A stretch of 64,000 nucleotides of DNA from Lama guanicoe (lineage: Eukaryota), in assembly GCA_013239625.1 (NCBI GenBank), contig MU053934.1:2436399-2500398 (forward strand). Reading direction: 5' to 3'. Position 1 is the stretch's first letter. Each line of letters starts with the position of its first letter. Below, piece by piece: positions 62,256 to 64,000 of this stretch. The translations under genes and the position numbers were made by a program. The notes under the pieces were generated by a model, which saw only the letters and a list, made by a program, of their open reading frames with translations, did not search any database and was not told where the DNA came from.

Positions 62256-63434
62256 CTAGTGCCTCACAGCAGAGGCTCTGGGCACCTCTTCTTCTCCTGA
62301 TAGACTGACTTATTTAAAATTTAAACATGGCTAGTGTTAAGGGGCTCATCTCATACATTTTGCAGTTGCTTTATTTCTAAACTACAGTGACTGATTACAA
62401 CACACTGAGAACATTTTGATATTGTATTGTGATTTTTTTTTCTGTTGGTGGGACTCTTCTGCATTTAATTAATTTATACTGATTTGGAATGACTTGAGAG
62501 ACTGATCTGAGATTGTAACATCTCAAAGAGAATAAAAAAGCAGGTGACAGACTTTTGAAAAATTTTGCAATTCACACTAAGCTTGGGGTTTTCTCAGGAA
62601 AAACAGGCAAAGCTGTTTTATTTATGCAGAATCGAGAGAGGAGCAAGACAGTCTGTTGGTCCTTTCTTTCCTGCTTAAATACATCTGTTGCTTGCTATTT
62701 TTCATTTCAGGGATGATGGATTGGTTGTGTGATGTACTTGGATTAAATACTTGGGCTAAAGCATCTCATATATTTGCCCATCAACTTCTCTTTGTAGCAG
62801 ATTTAATATTCCGTCTGAGATGCCAGATTGAATTAAATGCTTTTTTAAAGCCTACAGCCTCACAAAAACCTTTCCCCAGTCAGCACATTTTTACCACATT
62901 TAAAAAATAAGCATCCGCAGTGAAACAATGCAGGCTGTGGTTTCTTTTCTAGGGAAGAATCCAGTCTGGCTTTCGGGGGTGATGTAACTGGTCAGAGAAC
63001 TGAGGATCCTGAGGCTGAAGTCTTGTCAAGGCTGAGCCTCCAGACTCCAGAGCTTTCTTCTCATCTTGAGTCATCCCTCTTTGCCTGGATCACAGGAACT
63101 GGCTTGATGGAGTCAATTGGTACTCTTTTTGAGGGTAACTTTTGTGTAATTTTAACACTCCTCTGCCTTCCTGTGGGAACCCCACACACTTCTAGTTTGG
63201 GGACTTGTTTGGTCTCTTGTCATCCAGGGTTCACATGAAGGAAACTCACAGGGATGGTGATGAGGAGATGGTTGCTTCAATGATTTAATATTTAGAGGAT
63301 GTCTCAAAGGAGGTGATTTTCAAAGTACCACACCACTGACTTGCTATGCAGTTACTTTCAGCCCCAGGTTCCTCATCTGTAAAATGGGGAGAGTAATGGT
63401 TGTGGTGATAATTAAATTAATGCCATTTAATGCA

Positions 63435-63960
63435 TGTATTAGTTATCTATTGCTGTGTAACAAATAGCACCCCTCACAGGTTCAACAGCTTAAAACAACA
63501 AGCATTATCTCGAAGTTTCTGTGGATCAGGGAGCTGCTTAGCTGGGTGGTCCTCTGGCTCAGGGTCTCTCATGAGGCTCTGTTCAAGGTGGTGGCCAGAG
63601 CTGCAATCATCCAAAGGCTGGAATGGGGTATGATCCACTTCCAGGCTCACTCACATGGCTGTTGGTAAGTCTTAGTTCCTTGCCACACTGAATGACCTTT
63701 CAACATGACTGGTGGCCTCCCCCAGAGGGAGGGACTCAAGAGAGGGAGGGAGAAAGCAGTCTCTTGGTGGATGAATGCCACAGTCTTTTATAATTATATC
63801 CTAATCTTGAAAATGACACCCTGTCACTTTTGCTGTATTTTATTTGCTAGAAGTGAATCACTTAAGTCCAACCCATACACAGCAGGAGGGGAATTAAACT
63901 CCACCTCTCTGGGAAGAAGTATCAAAGAATTTGTGGATATATCTTTAAAAATCACCACAG
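63435..63960 (-). mobile_element. MaLR LTR (MLT1F-like)
   Basis: tgtattagttatctattgctgtgtaacaaa...aaagaatttgtggatatatctttaaaaatcaccaca. Confidence 0.8.
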
Positions 63961-64000
63961 CACAGTTGTGGGCATGTAGCAGATAATCAATAAATGATTA

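Overview
This is mammalian genomic DNA, most likely camelid (camel or alpaca): it has three tRNA-derived Vic-1-type SINEs and I recognised no Alu, Bov-A/BovB or PRE-1 elements. The only protein-coding gene I can support is TXN2 (mitochondrial thioredoxin 2) on the minus strand. It has non-coding exon 1 (~56327-56400) and coding exons 55272-55534, 53291-53414 and 46544-46657. These join to 501 nt = 166 aa with the WCGPC active site. It also has two candidate poly(A) signals and a CpG-island promoter built from ETS/GABP motifs. The left ~45 kb is intergenic; by mammalian synteny it should be the interval upstream of MYH9, which is not in the window. That interval is dense in MIR, L2, L1, MaLR and hAT relics and holds seven ERV-type solo LTRs, several with readable target-site duplications. 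It also contains an orphan CpG island (~35060-35760) with a perfect CArG box. All other ORFs in the track look like noise. I did not find a convincing novel biological system. The best leads are regulatory: the orphan island, a CArG/AP-1/TEAD cluster, a promoter-like solo LTR, the periodic TXN2 promoter array and a rare GAG splice acceptor. Repeat family names and most repeat boundaries come from visual recognition and are approximate.
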